Position numbers and translations under genes: made by a program. Source: Podarcis bocagei (lineage: Eukaryota). From it: a stretch of DNA of 64,000 nucleotides. Below are positions 1 through 12,664 of the stretch, in pieces. The number at the start of each line of letters is the position of its first letter. Position 1 is the first letter of the stretch. A model generated the notes under the pieces. That model worked only from the letters and a program-made list of their open reading frames with translations, was not told the DNA's origin and did no database searches. The stretch lies in NCBI GenBank assembly GCA_964188305.1, contig OZ076889.1; one strand, written 5' to 3'.

Positions 1-534
1 ATGTAATGCCGTGTTCCTGTATCATTCTAGCAGGGTGGGTAATCCCATTGCCTTCCATAGGTTTGTTGAATTCCAGGTCTCATCAACCTAGCATGGCCAA
101 TGATCAGGGATATCTGGAAGAAGACAAGGCTGACTGGCCTTCTGGAATCCTGAACCTTGAACTTCCTGTTAGGGGTGATGATATGTTGCAACATTTTGTT
201 GCAGGTCCCACTTTGTAACATTGTGATAACAAACTCACTAGGAGTTGTCATAAAGAAAATTATTTAGCATCCTTAATGTACTGTAGCAGGAACGGTGAAC
301 CTACTTTCCTATGAATTTAATCTCTGAGCTGAGCCCACCTCCCTGGCTTGGAAGAATAGTCCTCACTCCTCCTTCTTGTGGATTTCCTACTTTAATTAAA
401 ATAACAAGTTGATAATGAAATTGCTGTGCACTGAGAATAAACAGTCGAACAACAGCTGTCATGATTAGCCTGCCAGAGGCTTGCATAATGGAATGCTAAT
501 CAGATGAACTAAACTCTTGGTACAATTTCCAGAA

Positions 535-655
535 GGGTAGCTGTGTTAGTCTGTTGTAGCAAAAACAACAAAGTCTTGTGACTAGCGCATTTATTATAGC
601 ATATAAGCTTTCATGAACCATAGTCCATTTCATCAGATGCATGAAGTATATTCCT
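535..655 (-). mobile_element. Penelope-like element remnant (pLTR region)
   Basis: gtagctgtgttagtctgttgtagcaaaaacaac...taagctttcatgaacc...ttcatcagatgcatgaag matches the typical reptilian Penelope terminal repeat and contains a hammerhead core. Confidence 0.65.
599..640 (-). ncRNA. Minimal type I hammerhead ribozyme motif (Penelope-associated, slightly degenerate)
   Basis: Minus strand reads GCAU-CUGAUGA-A-[AUGGAC uaug GUUCAU]-GAAA-GCU-U-AUAUGC: conserved core boxes, stem II and palindromic AGCU stem III. Confidence 0.55.
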
Positions 656-928
656 GAACTGGAAAATGGGCAGAGCACAGCAGAGAAGTGAGTTCAGAGG
701 GAAACGAAATGCAAAAAGGATAACGATTATTACCTGAAAGGAAAATAACTACAGTGACCAATCAACAAGGCAACACTGGTGATAGCACAAACATCCTCAC
801 ATGGGTAAACTATGTTTTTTTAAGCTGTAATCTCTAGTCAAGGCACAGGTAACAGAATGGGGAGTTGCTTGATAAACTGTAATTCAGAGGTTTTCTGCTG
901 AAGTTGCCCTTTGACATCCCTTTGATCA

Positions 929-1183
929 GGTAAGTAAAGGTAAAGGGAACCCTGACCATTAGGTCCAGTTGTGACCGACTCTGGGGTTGTGTGCTCATCT
1001 CACTCTATAGGCCGAGGGAGCCAGCGTTTGTCCGCAGACAGCTTCCAGGTCAGGTGGCCAGCATGACTAAGCCACTTCTGGCGAACCAGAGCAGCACACA
1101 GAAACGCCGTTTACCTTCCTGCCGAAGTGGTCCCTATTTATCTACTTGCACATGACGTGCTTTCGAACTGCTAGGTTGGCAGG
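929..1183 (-). mobile_element. Sauria SINE, 5'-truncated
   Basis: Reverse complement of the SINE at 25163-25525; (ACCTTT)n tail appears as ggtaaaggtaaagg. Confidence 0.88.
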
Positions 1184-1765
1184 TATGGCCACCTTAAAAT
1201 CAGGCAGAGAACTGTCCTTAAGGTGGCCAGCCTCAAAATAAGGAAGGGTTGGTTTTTTTAACATTTCAAAAAAGTATTTGTGTTAATTAGCCGGCCAATG
1301 TCTTATCACCAATTCTGCCTTGTTAAATTGGTCACTGTAGCTATTTTGCTTTCAAATAATCATCGTTCAGGGCCCCCTACAACCTATACCAATGCCTGAA
1401 GTGAGAAAATAGGTTATGGGATAGGAGATGAATAGTGGTCTAAATCATGGACAGGAAGTTTTAAAATGCTCAGTTTTTAGCTCAGATGATTCTATCTTCA
1501 GATGGTTACATGCCCTGTATTTAAACACCTTGACTGCCCCTGGGATGTAACAGCCACTTTGAAATATAATCAAACAGTGAAATCACGGGGTCATCTGTCT
1601 CTCCTTGCCAGCATCAGGCTGCTTTGTTTCCAGTTTCACAGCAGGGCTCATGTTTTAAATAGATTATGTACTCTACTCTGAGCTGGCAACAACTTGCTAA
1701 TAGCCAGCAGCTGAGTGATAAACTATTGTTGCTGACAAGGACCTATAGGGCTCCAGGCCTTTTGT

Positions 1766-2488
1766 ATGTTTCGGAAGTACAATTACCTTACCTCCGGGTC
1801 AGTGGATACTTTGCCTGCTAATTATTTCGAGACATTCCAATTAAGAGCAGCCAAGCCCACCCCTGACACAATTCATCTTGAATACTATTAATATCTGTCG
1901 CTTTTCTTTATGATCCCCATAAATACAAACGACACCCGTTATAACATTGATTCAACTGAAGTCCTTTATGGGAGATATATTATCCTATGGGCAATAACAA
2001 CTGGTACATCTGTACTCTACACTTCATTACAGTCCAAATCGAGGTGTCTGGCTCATCTATACTGGGTATTCCTACAATGACCTTTGGGTATTCCCACCAT
2101 GGCTGTGTCTGGATTACAGTCTATTATAGAGGAAATCAAGTGGGGAATCGATTTTCTGATTGTGCCCCAGTTCAACATGCACATACTGATTACAGTGTAG
2201 ATTCATATGGCAGAAACAGGAGACTGCATTGTATAGCAATCTAATTAGGTGGACTCTATGACCCATTTATCTGCAATGTGAAAGTTAATACTCACTGTTA
2301 ACTAGGTCCTCTTTGGACTTATTTTCTGGGTTCTTGGTATGGAGGGCTGCACAGAAGGAGCAGATCCACAGATTGTATGAACCATAATTTGCTGATTATA
2401 TGCCAAGGCTGGAGGAGCAGAAAAGATAGCAGCTAAACATCCCTGAATACACGGATCGTTTTCCCCCACCATACAAATTTTGAGATAA
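1766..2488 (+). pseudogene. Candidate degraded endogenous hepadnavirus core (capsid) gene
   Basis: By-eye collinear peptide similarity, across stops and frameshifts, to HBV/DHBV core motifs recalled from memory (see findings). Not confirmed by any search. Confidence 0.38.
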
Positions 2489-5400
2489 ACACAGTGATGA
2501 GTCCTTTGAAGATGAGTGCTTGGATGGTTGACAGTTCACCAAAGGGATTTGTGGATGAGATAATTATTTGCGAAAGTGATGTATGATCTTAGCTAGAAAC
2601 CAGGTGATTTCAAAGTTCTTCCAGGTTTAGGAATTTATGGCTTACATTTGATAAGGAAAACTGAGTTGCAATGAGAAGGAGAACAACGAAGGCACAGAAT
2701 CTTGGTGCAAGCCATAAATTAAAGAAAGCTTAATTTTAATAGGGAGTAAATTTATTCAGAGGTGTTACCAAAAAGAATCAATCATAGTGTGGGAAAAGAT
2801 AAGAAATGAAAGTGTTTTATATTAGGGAAACACAAGGAACTAAAACTGTTTTGTTTTTGTTTTTTTTTTTGTGGAGGAGAGCTTTTCCTTTTCCTTTTTT
2901 TTTTGTCCCAATCCTCATGAATTATTTTCACTCAGGAGTGGAAACCTCACCATAGCAAGTCTGGTACATATGAGCCTTTGACTCGTCATTCCAGAAAGCC
3001 CCTGTCTACCTCTTCTTTTAAAATGTGAAGTGACTTTTCTTATATTGTTTTAGAATGCCTTAATAATACATTTTCCTATAGTAGTCTTGTTGCAATTTTT
3101 TTCATTTATCAATGCAAACTTTTAAATATAATTTACTGTTTTATCACTTCTATATCATCTACTGATTAATTAAAAAAAAATGAATATTTGCAACTTTTCA
3201 CCATTTGTCACTTCTTTTAAGTACATTTTAAATTTACTTTCCTCTTGGTGTGTTTCACTATACTCATGCTCACTAGAGCAAATTTATATAGACTAGTTTA
3301 GAGCCTGTTTTTCACTCAGCTGTTCAGTTATCTGTCTTAACCATGGAACAAAAAATGGAAACAAATTAAATGCAAATGGAACAAATTAAAATGGAAACAA
3401 ATTAAATTCTTAGAGAATCAGGCTGCAATTCTATATACACTTACCTTGGAAAACATCTCATTGAACTCCCATGCTTACTTACTCCCATGCTTTCGGGGGG
3501 GGTGTGGGTGGGTGTGTGTACCATGGGTACCAGCACCGAATGGCTGCAATGGGCATCAACAACAAAAAAGTGACAGTACTTTGTACTAGTAACAACTGTC
3601 AGAGAAAAAGCACTGCTTACTCCTAAGTAGATGTGCACAGGGTTGCACTGTCAATGTAACACAGCCCTTTTATTCGAGCAGATGCAATGCTGTAAATTAT
3701 CAGGGTAGATTAAAGTTAAGTCTCAGTAGTATTTCAGTATTGGAGAGTATGTTATGTACATTGCAGCCATGAACAAATTGATACAAGATGTTAATCAGAA
3801 GATTATATTAGCATTTCTCTACTTAGCAGCCGTATTGAGTACAGCCTTGCTCAGCTGCACAAAGCTGGCAAAACAGGCAAATACCCCATTCCTCTCATTC
3901 ATTTACAAGCTAGTAGATACCTAAAGCTGAATTGCTTAGAAAATCACTGAGGTATGCTATCGTAGGGTCAATGAATTTGTTACATTTGGGAAGTGTCCAT
4001 CTTAAAATGTAGAATGCAGAAGAGGCAAACACATGTTTGGAATGGAAACACACATTATCTGCAGACTCTGACATCAGAGAGCCAGATCTGACTTGAGCTC
4101 TGTCTCAAGTATACTCACGGTGGCAAACTTGGGTTTTCTGCTTTGCAACGTGTGCAACAGCCTTAACAATCTTGTGATCAATGTATATTTTCTGCCATCC
4201 CATTCAAGTGGGATATAAATTTAATAATGAAATAAACCACTGTTGCAAGTTTTGTTTTTGTTTTTCTTAAATGTGATGAATGTTTGAATTTGGTATCTAC
4301 TAAAATAGGAAATGATGGGGCACTGAATGTTACTTAATATAGGGCTAATCAACCTCTGCCAAACTCCCAACTCTGTTGCCAACTGCCCTCCCTTTGCAAC
4401 AGGCCAAACTCCCTCCCCCTCCCTTTACTGACCCCTCCCCCAAACCCCTTCCCCTCACAGTTCACTCATTCCCCAGGCTTCCTTCTCTCAGTCAAAGGGG
4501 GGGGGACGACAAAGGAAAGAAAGTCATCCTTCCCCCTCCAGCCACAGCAGCAGCAACAACCACAGGAGAAGTGTGGGAAGGCCAGGCCTTGCTTGTGAAT
4601 GTAAACTTGGTTTTTAGCATGATGGCGGACAAGTGCTGATATAGTAAAGAGTGGCATACCTACATATTAAAATATTTATATCCCTCCTTTCAGTCCCCAG
4701 AGAGACCCTGAGGTAAAGACTTCTCAGAAGTTGGTGCCCAGTATAAAAGGCATGCTTGTAGGTTGAACATTGGATATATTGTGTGAACTCACAGCAGAAT
4801 GGCAACAGTAGTTGGACACTGTAACAGTAGTAATCAAAAATAGTAAAAACAGAGGGGCTACAACACATAAAATCCAAAAAAAAAAAAATGTAGTTATTTA
4901 CATTTAATATTCAGTTCTATTTATGCAGCTGAATAAAGAGCATCTTGGAATGAGCATAATATAGGCTTGGATGATTTGTCAAGTTAACAAGAGCAAACAC
5001 AAGCATCAAATAATTACTTTCCCAATCAGAATTTTAGACCATCTTAAGTCAAAATTAGGCAAAGAGGAAATCAACATAATATTAGAGGAAATCAATGTAA
5101 AGTGAAGAACTTGCTGGGTGTGCTTGAAGAATCAGTGATCAGGCTTTTAGAACAAACTTCCTTCTTACATTTCTCTGCAAGTCCCCTTAGCAGTCCTGCA
5201 TGGTGGAGTTCCTATTAACTCTAGTGAATGGTAATAAATGTCAAGATGTAGTTATGAATGCTGGATAATTGATTTGTTGTTTTAATTTGAACTCTGTTGA
5301 GTTGGTTAAGTTTTTTGCCTAGCCACAGGACCTGGCCTATTCACATTGCCTACCCAATTCACCTGCACTAAGTCCACACTAAGAAAAGATGAAAGGAAAG

Positions 5401-5597
5401 TGCAGATTGGGTCCCTGTCTTGCTCTGCTGGGGCTTGCTAAGAGTACTATTCCCCCTCCACAACTCCAGACACCTCCTGGTCTGGAAGCAAGGAAGAGAA
5501 ATGGGAGGTGAAAGATATAAAACATTTCCCAAGTGGTTCTTCGCCCTGTGGAACGCCCTCCCACCAGATGTCAAAGAGAAAAATAACTAACAAACTT

Positions 5598-5729
5598 TTA
5601 GAAGACATCTAAAGGCAGCCCTGTTTAGGGAAGCTTTTAATGTTTAATAGGTTATTGTATTTTAGTGTTTTGTTGGAAGCCGCCCAGAGTGGCTGGGAAA
5701 ACACAGCCAGATGGGCGGGGTATAAATAA

Positions 5730-5775
<46 letters not shown>
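5598..5775 (+). mobile_element. L2-type LINE 3' end with (TTA)n tail
   Basis: gaagacatct...ggaagccgcccagagtggctgg...gggtataaataaattattatt; near-identical copy at 38695-38846. Confidence 0.75.
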
Positions 5776-7072
5776 GAAAATACAGGTGGATTGCGTGCAC
5801 TGTTTGTCTCACAGTAAGAACAATAAGGCAATTAAAACATAAACCACAATAATCAGGAACACAAAGCAATCAGAATTACTGCTTCACAGAGTGTTCAGCA
5901 TAACAGGGTCTAGAATGGATCCCAGTGTGTCATAAAGCATATTTCCAAAATAATTTATTTCTATATAACATTTCAGTCCCATTGATTTCAGCACTGTGGT
6001 TAGGCAGGTGCTTTGCTCTTTTCCAAAGAAACTGAAATGCATGTGCTGAAATTTGCACTGTACCAGTGAATAGACAGGAAAAAGAAAAAATACAGTCAAA
6101 ATGTAAGCCAAGTCTGGAATGTTGACCATTTAATCAGTTTGCATGTGTGTTTAAAATTAGACTATAAAAAGCAGAACTAGGTGGTGGTTTCTAGTCATTA
6201 CATATATAGTACACAAGCATTCCAGGTGCAGGAGTTTAAAATAAAACTCACTGCCCCACAACTGCTGCCTACCTGCTTACCCAAATCATAACTGTAGAGG
6301 ATTGCTGGATTTTGCATACTACACCCCTAATTTCCAAGGATTCTGATACATTTTCAGCACATCAAACTTTCCCCCCATCAATCTTCAGTCTTCCTAGAGT
6401 TAAAAGATATGGTACTCATCTCACCACACTTCCCTCTGCTGGATGGAATGTATGTTGCATCATTTTACACATTTGAACTTGGGATCAGAAGCTGAGGCCA
6501 ATCTATTCTCAAGTAAGAGGGCCCAAGTTACCAATTTACCGGTATGTTGTGTTTCTGAACAGGACTTTCTCATGGTTAGTTTAAGTGTTGCCTGTTATCA
6601 TTTATCTTTATTATTATTTTTAAATCATAGACAATTCCCACAGCACTTAGAAATTATTCTTTTATTTTCAGTAAGGTTGCCATCGAAGGATATTGTAAAA
6701 TTGAGTATTTTGGAGCTGTGTCTTGAGAAAGAAGAGCCAGTTCAATGTTTCTATTACATAGTCTGCAGCACGATTGGTACAGTCATGCATTTCAGGTTCC
6801 ATGCAACTCTCATACCACCTGAATTTGACTTCCCATGTGTTTCAGACTAGCAGCAGTGTTTCGTCATACTGGGAGCCAAATGTGCTGGAATGGTGCTTAC
6901 AATGAAATCACTTGAGAAGCCAAATGAAGACATCACCACAGCCACATGCATCCCTGGCCACATGGAAGTGGCAAATACTGCAGCTATGCTGGGATAGCCA
7001 TTATGTTCTATGGAAGTGTGAAGTGGGCAGCCATCTCTGCACAAGGTATGTTGTTAATTTCAGGCCTACATC

Positions 7073-7162
7073 CATAACTGTCAACGTTTCCCTTTTTTAA
7101 AGGGAAATTCCCTTATTCCGAATAGGATTCCTCGCAAGAAAAGGGAAAAGTTGACAGCTATG
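7073..7162. mobile_element. 90-bp hAT-type MITE
   Basis: TIRs cataactgtcaacgtttccctttt / aaaagggaaaagttgacagctatg; 8-bp TSD cctacatc/cttacatc (7/8 match). Confidence 0.8.
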
Positions 7163-7689
7163 CTTACATCCCTTTCAGAGACCTTATCCATCTTTGTTGC
7201 CAGCAAAGAGATGAAACAAATATGAGTTGTATTATGTGTCTAAACTGCATATTTATATTCAGAGTCTGAAGGAATGATTTATTGCTTTGTTACTGATAAA
7301 TTATGCAATTTGCTATTACGCAAACATGCATGTTATTTGGGAGCACAAAGTACGAGGCGACACCTTGGGAACGAATTGGTTTATTGTGGCATGAGCTCTG
7401 CTTAGGCTGGTGCAAAAGCGGTGGATTGAATTTCTTACTCAACATTTTGAAAGTTGTACATATACAGAAGAAGAACCTTGCCAGATCAAATCAAAGGTCC
7501 ATTTAGCCCAGCATCCTGTTCGGAATTTGCAGTTTGCATATGGCTAGTTAAAGTGCAATTAGCAATTTGTGAACAGTTAATTGACTTTTTAATATAAGAT
7601 TCCCAATTTTATTTTAGCAAACTTGTTATTATGTTCAGTTATGGTTGCTTCACCTTAAAAAAGGATGTTGTACATTCAGGGGGGGGGGG

Positions 7690-8250
7690 GAAGGCAACCA
7701 AAATGATCCAGGGGATTGAGCAGCTCCCCTGTGAGGAGAGGTTAAAACCTTGGTTGGCCTTTTAATATAGAGAAAATGTGAGCGGCGACATGAAAGGAGT
7801 GTAGAAAATGATGTATGGTAGGAGAAAGCAGACAGAGGCAAGTTTTTCTCTTGCTCTCTCCTAACATTAGAACTTGTAGAAGCTGAATGTTGGAAGATTC
7901 AGGGCACACAAAAGAAAGCAATTCTTCACACAGTGTATTGCCAAACTATGGATCTCACCCACCCAGGAGGCAGGGATAGCCAGCAATTTGTGAGGCTTTA
8001 AAAGAAGACCAGGCAAGTTCATGGAGGAGAAGGCTACTTGCTGGCAAGTTCATGGAGGAGAAGGCTACATGGCTATGCTCTGTCTCCACTGTTGGGGGCA
8101 GCCTGCTTCAGAATATCAGTTGCTGGAAATGGCAACGGGAGAGAGTCTGCTCCGGCTTGCAGGCTCCCTATTCGGATTTGGTTGGCCACTGAGAGGACAG
8201 GATACCCGATTAGATGGGCCACTGGCCTCATCTTGTTCTTATATTCTTAT
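7690..8250 (+). mobile_element. Old CR1 LINE 3' fragment
   Basis: Decayed CR1 ORF2 C-terminus (ggaagattcagg...ttcttcacacag...ggctttaaaagaag) and 3' UTR (ctagatgggccactggcct); local 26-bp direct duplication ggcaagttcatggaggagaaggctac. Confidence 0.75.
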
Positions 8251-8619
8251 GGCTATTGGCTGATGTTGGTGGCTCAAAATGGAATTCCTTCATTCCAAAA
8301 GTTGACACCTTTCTGTTTGCAGTTTGGTGGTCTTCTTTGAGTGGGAGAGGATTCATCATTCGTGAACCAATAATCCGGAGTTTTCACTGAGTTAATCTGC
8401 AGCGGGGTTTGTTTTCTTTTCATCTACCTGTGAATCGGGTTTACTCTGCATTCTTCATGAATCCAAACCTTGCTTTTTATGAATCTACTTTACTGCTCTT
8501 TCAAAGCTCAATTCGACAGGAACTGGGATGATTTCTTGTTTACGGAGCAGGTATTTTATAGTGGACCTCCAGGAAGAACTTAAAAAAAAAAAAAGCTGCC
8601 AAATTTAATTCTTCCAGAT

Positions 8620-9670
8620 AATTCCAGCGCGAAACTAGATAATCGCCCCCAAACAGATGACTCAAGGGGGCTTGAAACGTTCGCCTTCCTTTGCGCGGAG
8701 TGGCCCGGCGCAGCTGTGGGAGGTTCCTCGCGGGGCGCTCCGCCCGCCCTCCTCCAATCAGAAGTCGAGCAGGCCTCCCGAGGCGCTCGCCTGCATTTCC
8801 ATTCATCTCCCGCAGGAGACAGGAGCCGCGCACGTGCCGGCGAGTCCCTCTCGAGAGCCCAGCAAAGGCGGACGAGCGCGAGGGCGGGAAAAAGCTCGCG
8901 GGCGGCCTGGGCGAGCGACGTCTTTCCCGGGAGTCGCTCCGCGCCCCCTCAGGGGACTTTCCCGCCCAGTGTCTCTTGGGCTAAGCGCGGCGAGTCTGTG
9001 CAGCTCCCGCGCCTTTTTTTTATGGCGCTAGGACCCAGGCGAGTCTGTCTCTCGTGAGTCAGTTGCCGCAACAGCAGCGGCGGCTCGGTCGGAGTTGAGC
9101 GAGAGCGCCGTGGATGAGGCTGCGGCGCGCGCGCGAAGTGAATGGCTCGCGTGCGTTGGGAAAGTGGCCACGGAGCGAGGCGCTCGAGGATCCCGTGCGT
9201 GAGCCTGCGCGACGGCGCCTATAGCGGCGGCAGCAGCAGCAGCGGCAGCAGCAGCTCCTAGGGGGGCTTCTCTCCACCTGCCCGCGGTCGCAGCGCTGAG
9301 GTGAGTCGCCAGCCCGCCTTGGGCCAATGGACGCAGCAGGCGCGTGAGGAGAAGTTACTGCTGGGCTGCCCGGGCGCGGAGCGGCCGGCCGCAGGGGACG
9401 CGAGCCAACTCCCAAGCCCGCAGGCTGCGGTCCCGGGGCTGTCACTGGAAATGGCACCTTGGGAGGCAGGTCCCTCGTGGGGTTGGACCAAGCAAGCCCA
9501 GCAGCCTCTGGGATGAGCGAAGATTAGCGGCGCGTCTTTCTCTGGGGAGCAGCAGCCCCGACCGAAAGTCGTGGCTTAAAGGGCGCAGGGGTCCCTCATC
9601 AAATAAATAAATCCATAAACGGCGTGAGTGTAGCCCGTTTTCGCCTAGTTCCGCGTATGGTCGCACAGGG
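8620..9670 (+). promoter_or_regulatory. NGF: CpG island, probable NGF promoter
   Basis: ~1 kb that is GC- and CpG-dense in an otherwise CpG-depleted window and lacks TE termini. Contains AP-1 TGACTCA (8658-8664) and TGAGTCA (9055-9061), CCAAT (~8755), a canonical kB site GGGACTTTCC (8953-8962) and GC boxes. It lies ~51 kb upstream of the coding exon, similar to the mammalian NGF layout. Confidence 0.8.
9050..9300 (+). other. NGF: Probable non-coding first exon of NGF (5' end approximate)
   Basis: Strong splice donor GCTGAG|GTGAGT at 9300/9301 inside the CpG island; no transcript evidence available. Confidence 0.55.
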
Positions 9671-12664
9671 GGGGGGGGGATGCCTATGGCGTTCTGGTGT
9701 AAATCAGGGCACAGGCTGTGGTTCTCTCGCGCTGTTTTTACACTTTTTGAAGCCCCCAGACACGTACAGGGTTGAGTTCCCCTCCAGCTACAAACTCCCT
9801 GCTGGGACAGGATGGAAACTGACGGTGCTCATTGATTTATGGTTTGTGATTAAGCTTTTTCCCTCACCCCTGAAAGCGAATGCCAGGCAGAAGGGGAAAG
9901 AGGCGAGCAGATGAGCGGGAGAGGGTTGTTTTGTTTTTGTAGCTCCTTGGGACAGTTTGTGGATCTGTTTCTTCCACCCCTTAACTTTTGAGCATTGCCT
10001 TGTCCAGTGGGAAACCTGCAGGAAATAAATGGATATATGAATAGTGTGCTTGTCCAGCTGGTTTTCCCCCAAATTGTCACAAGCTTGGAAATTTGTGAGC
10101 AACGAAGTGTATTACTGTAAATCCTTTGTATAAACTAGGTGTGGGTTTTCTCTTGTACAGCATAACATAGCATTGTACCTTAGCTTAACTGAAAACATGC
10201 ATCAGAACTTTGTTGTTACGCTGTAGGAAGATATTCTGTCTAGAACTCCTCATGTTAGCTTTACTTTCTCTTACCTGGTTCCAGTGATGCTCTCATTGTT
10301 TGAGCGACATTCCATCATTAAATAATTCCATGGCACTGTACTGCTATAAAATGAGAAACGTCATTATGGTCCATGAAATTGTATTATTGGGGGTGGGGGG
10401 GAGTCAGGCATTCGCCTACAGGACAAAAAAAGATAATAAGGACCAACGGCCAAATGGGTTAGATGAGTCATATATTGAGCCAAAGATGATCAGGACCTTA
10501 ACATCAAGTATCTGAATCATTGCTTAACAATCTCTGAAACATCTGGAGACATTGTTCAGTGATACAGTCACTTTCAAAGGAGTATGTGGAATTGGGATAA
10601 CGATAATTCAGCAACTTGAGAAATGCAGAGAACTCACCCTTAAGGGACAAGATCTGTTTCACAAGATGCTAGGAGAGGAAGTCATGAAGTTTCTGTTGCT
10701 CATTACTCTCTCCTAGTATTAGGTAAGCACAACTTTGCTCAGAAGCAACCTTGCTCTTCTTCTTTTAGTTGTTCTCTGTTTTCTCATTTTAAAAATGGGC
10801 AGAAAGCTAAAGAGTTGTGAAATTGTGTCTGTTCAACTTGCTTCAAAGTGTCAAAGTTTCAATTCAAGAAAACTAACTTGTTTCTGAATGGAAAGTGCTT
10901 ATCCTTTACAGTACAACATACAAAGATAAATTCAGCTGGTATATTATGAAGTCTGAAGTTGTGCTGGTGAGATAGATCCCACTTGTTGATGCAGATTTGT
11001 TTTGCTTATGTACACATTAAAATTCTGTGTCACTTGCATGTATTTCAAAGGGGGGAAAGTCTGTTTCAAGACTCACATACAGATCACTGTAGTTTGTTTT
11101 CTAAGCATCAGTTTAAAGAAGAGGTGTATTTATTATTTGTACTAAACAATTTAATTCTGCTTGTATTGTGGTTGTGTTCAACTGTTGAAAATGAAACTGT
11201 TTCATTTTTGCTTAAACACCATAAAGTGTAACATGCATGGAAATACAGTAGTACAAAATTCAGTTCTGTCACATAATGTCAGTCCAGGCCAGGCTGATGG
11301 AGCTCTCCCAGACCATCCATTACAGTTTTTGAAAATGTCACTGTTTATCATGGCCATTTAAAGCAATGGTGACCTCTGCTGGCAATTCCCATCTAAAAAA
11401 TATGTGCTGAATTCAGCCATCTGATAAACATGAATTGTTCCTGATTGATTTAATAACATGCATTAAAGTAGGTTGGCTAATAAAACCATGAAGTTCACTT
11501 ACACAGTTGTAATGACATTAATGGAGTTTGCTTCTAAGTAAGCGTACATAGGATAAAGTTGTTTTAAAAATCCTTATTCTACCACCTCTCCACATGTGTT
11601 CTTCAGTTTTGTACTGTTTTGTGAGCTAGATTACACATATAGATTCCATTTTTTTGGTTTACGTTGCTTGCCAGAAACCCTGTCTGTTTTTGAGGTGAAG
11701 GAGTAGTTTTAATAATATAACAAAATTTCAGGGGGAAGACTGTTCCACATGAATATCTGGCATTTCAGATGGAAATAGTTTACTTTGTTATTGGTTAAAC
11801 ATTAAGCAATCCATGGTCTGGAATTAATTCACCTATAGAAGCAGGGGGGAGATTCTCTGCCTTTTTTTGTTTTTTTCTTTCTCTTGGCCTTTGTATGATT
11901 ACCAGAAGACAAAAAAGATAGATATACAGTTGAGTTACAGGTAGATGAGAGAGAACTTACTCGTGCGTACACATGCAGCTGTCTTGGAATTAATGGTGCT
12001 TGCCTAATTTAACCCTGCGTTGGTCTTCTAGCATTAACATTAGTGGAAATAGTAGACCACCCATAAGACTGTAAATGATAGCAAAAACTTTGTAGTAAAG
12101 AACATGAGAATGCAGAGGTCTTTATATAAAACAACAACTGCAATACGCACACACATCTATACATCAAAATTAGTTTTTGTCTACCAAGGCAATAATTCAA
12201 TGTTGGCTCAGAATCTTGAGATCTGGACTTGATAATAGCTACTGTGCTTGGAAAATCAGCTTCTGGATAACAGAAAATAGCTAAATGGTGCTGTTTTAAA
12301 TATTGAAAGCACTCAGAGAGTTTGTTCAAATGGCAGATTCCCCAATACTGAAGTGTTAAACTAGAAGTGGATGATAAAAATGTAGAGAGGTGTAAATGAA
12401 TGTAAAAGTACATAAGGAAAGATTTTATCTGCTTTATCTTGTTAAGTCAGTTGCTTTATCTTGTTAAGTCAGCAAAGAGATCAAAATGCAGCCCCTTTGA
12501 GACAAAGGGGGAAATCAAAATAACAACAACACAAATATCAGTAAATCCCATGGCAATCTCTAAAACATGCTATCCTGTATAAGTCAGTTCAAAATTAATT
12601 CCCATTGAGTTTCCAGGTCAGAGTGAATAAGACTGCAGCCTAAAAAAGTAAAAAGGCAGTAGCA

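Noticed and set aside
2390-2445. YAKAGGAEKI resemblance to bornavirus N (KAGAEQI)
   Set aside because: A single short motif with no collinear support; the hepadnavirus-core reading fits more motifs.
3945-3957. cactgag|gtatg, similar to the end of the mammalian NGF upstream exon
   Set aside because: It lies upstream of the CpG-island promoter and has no further similarity. I could not identify a homologue of the mammalian middle exon anywhere in the intron.
5609-5869. Poly-Ile ORF (and poly-Leu ORF at 40781-40993)
   Set aside because: Translations of (TTA)n and (CTT/CTA)n microsatellites.
8540-9914. Cluster of overlapping Ala/Arg/Pro-rich ORFs
   Set aside because: By-product of CpG-island composition; no recognisable protein.
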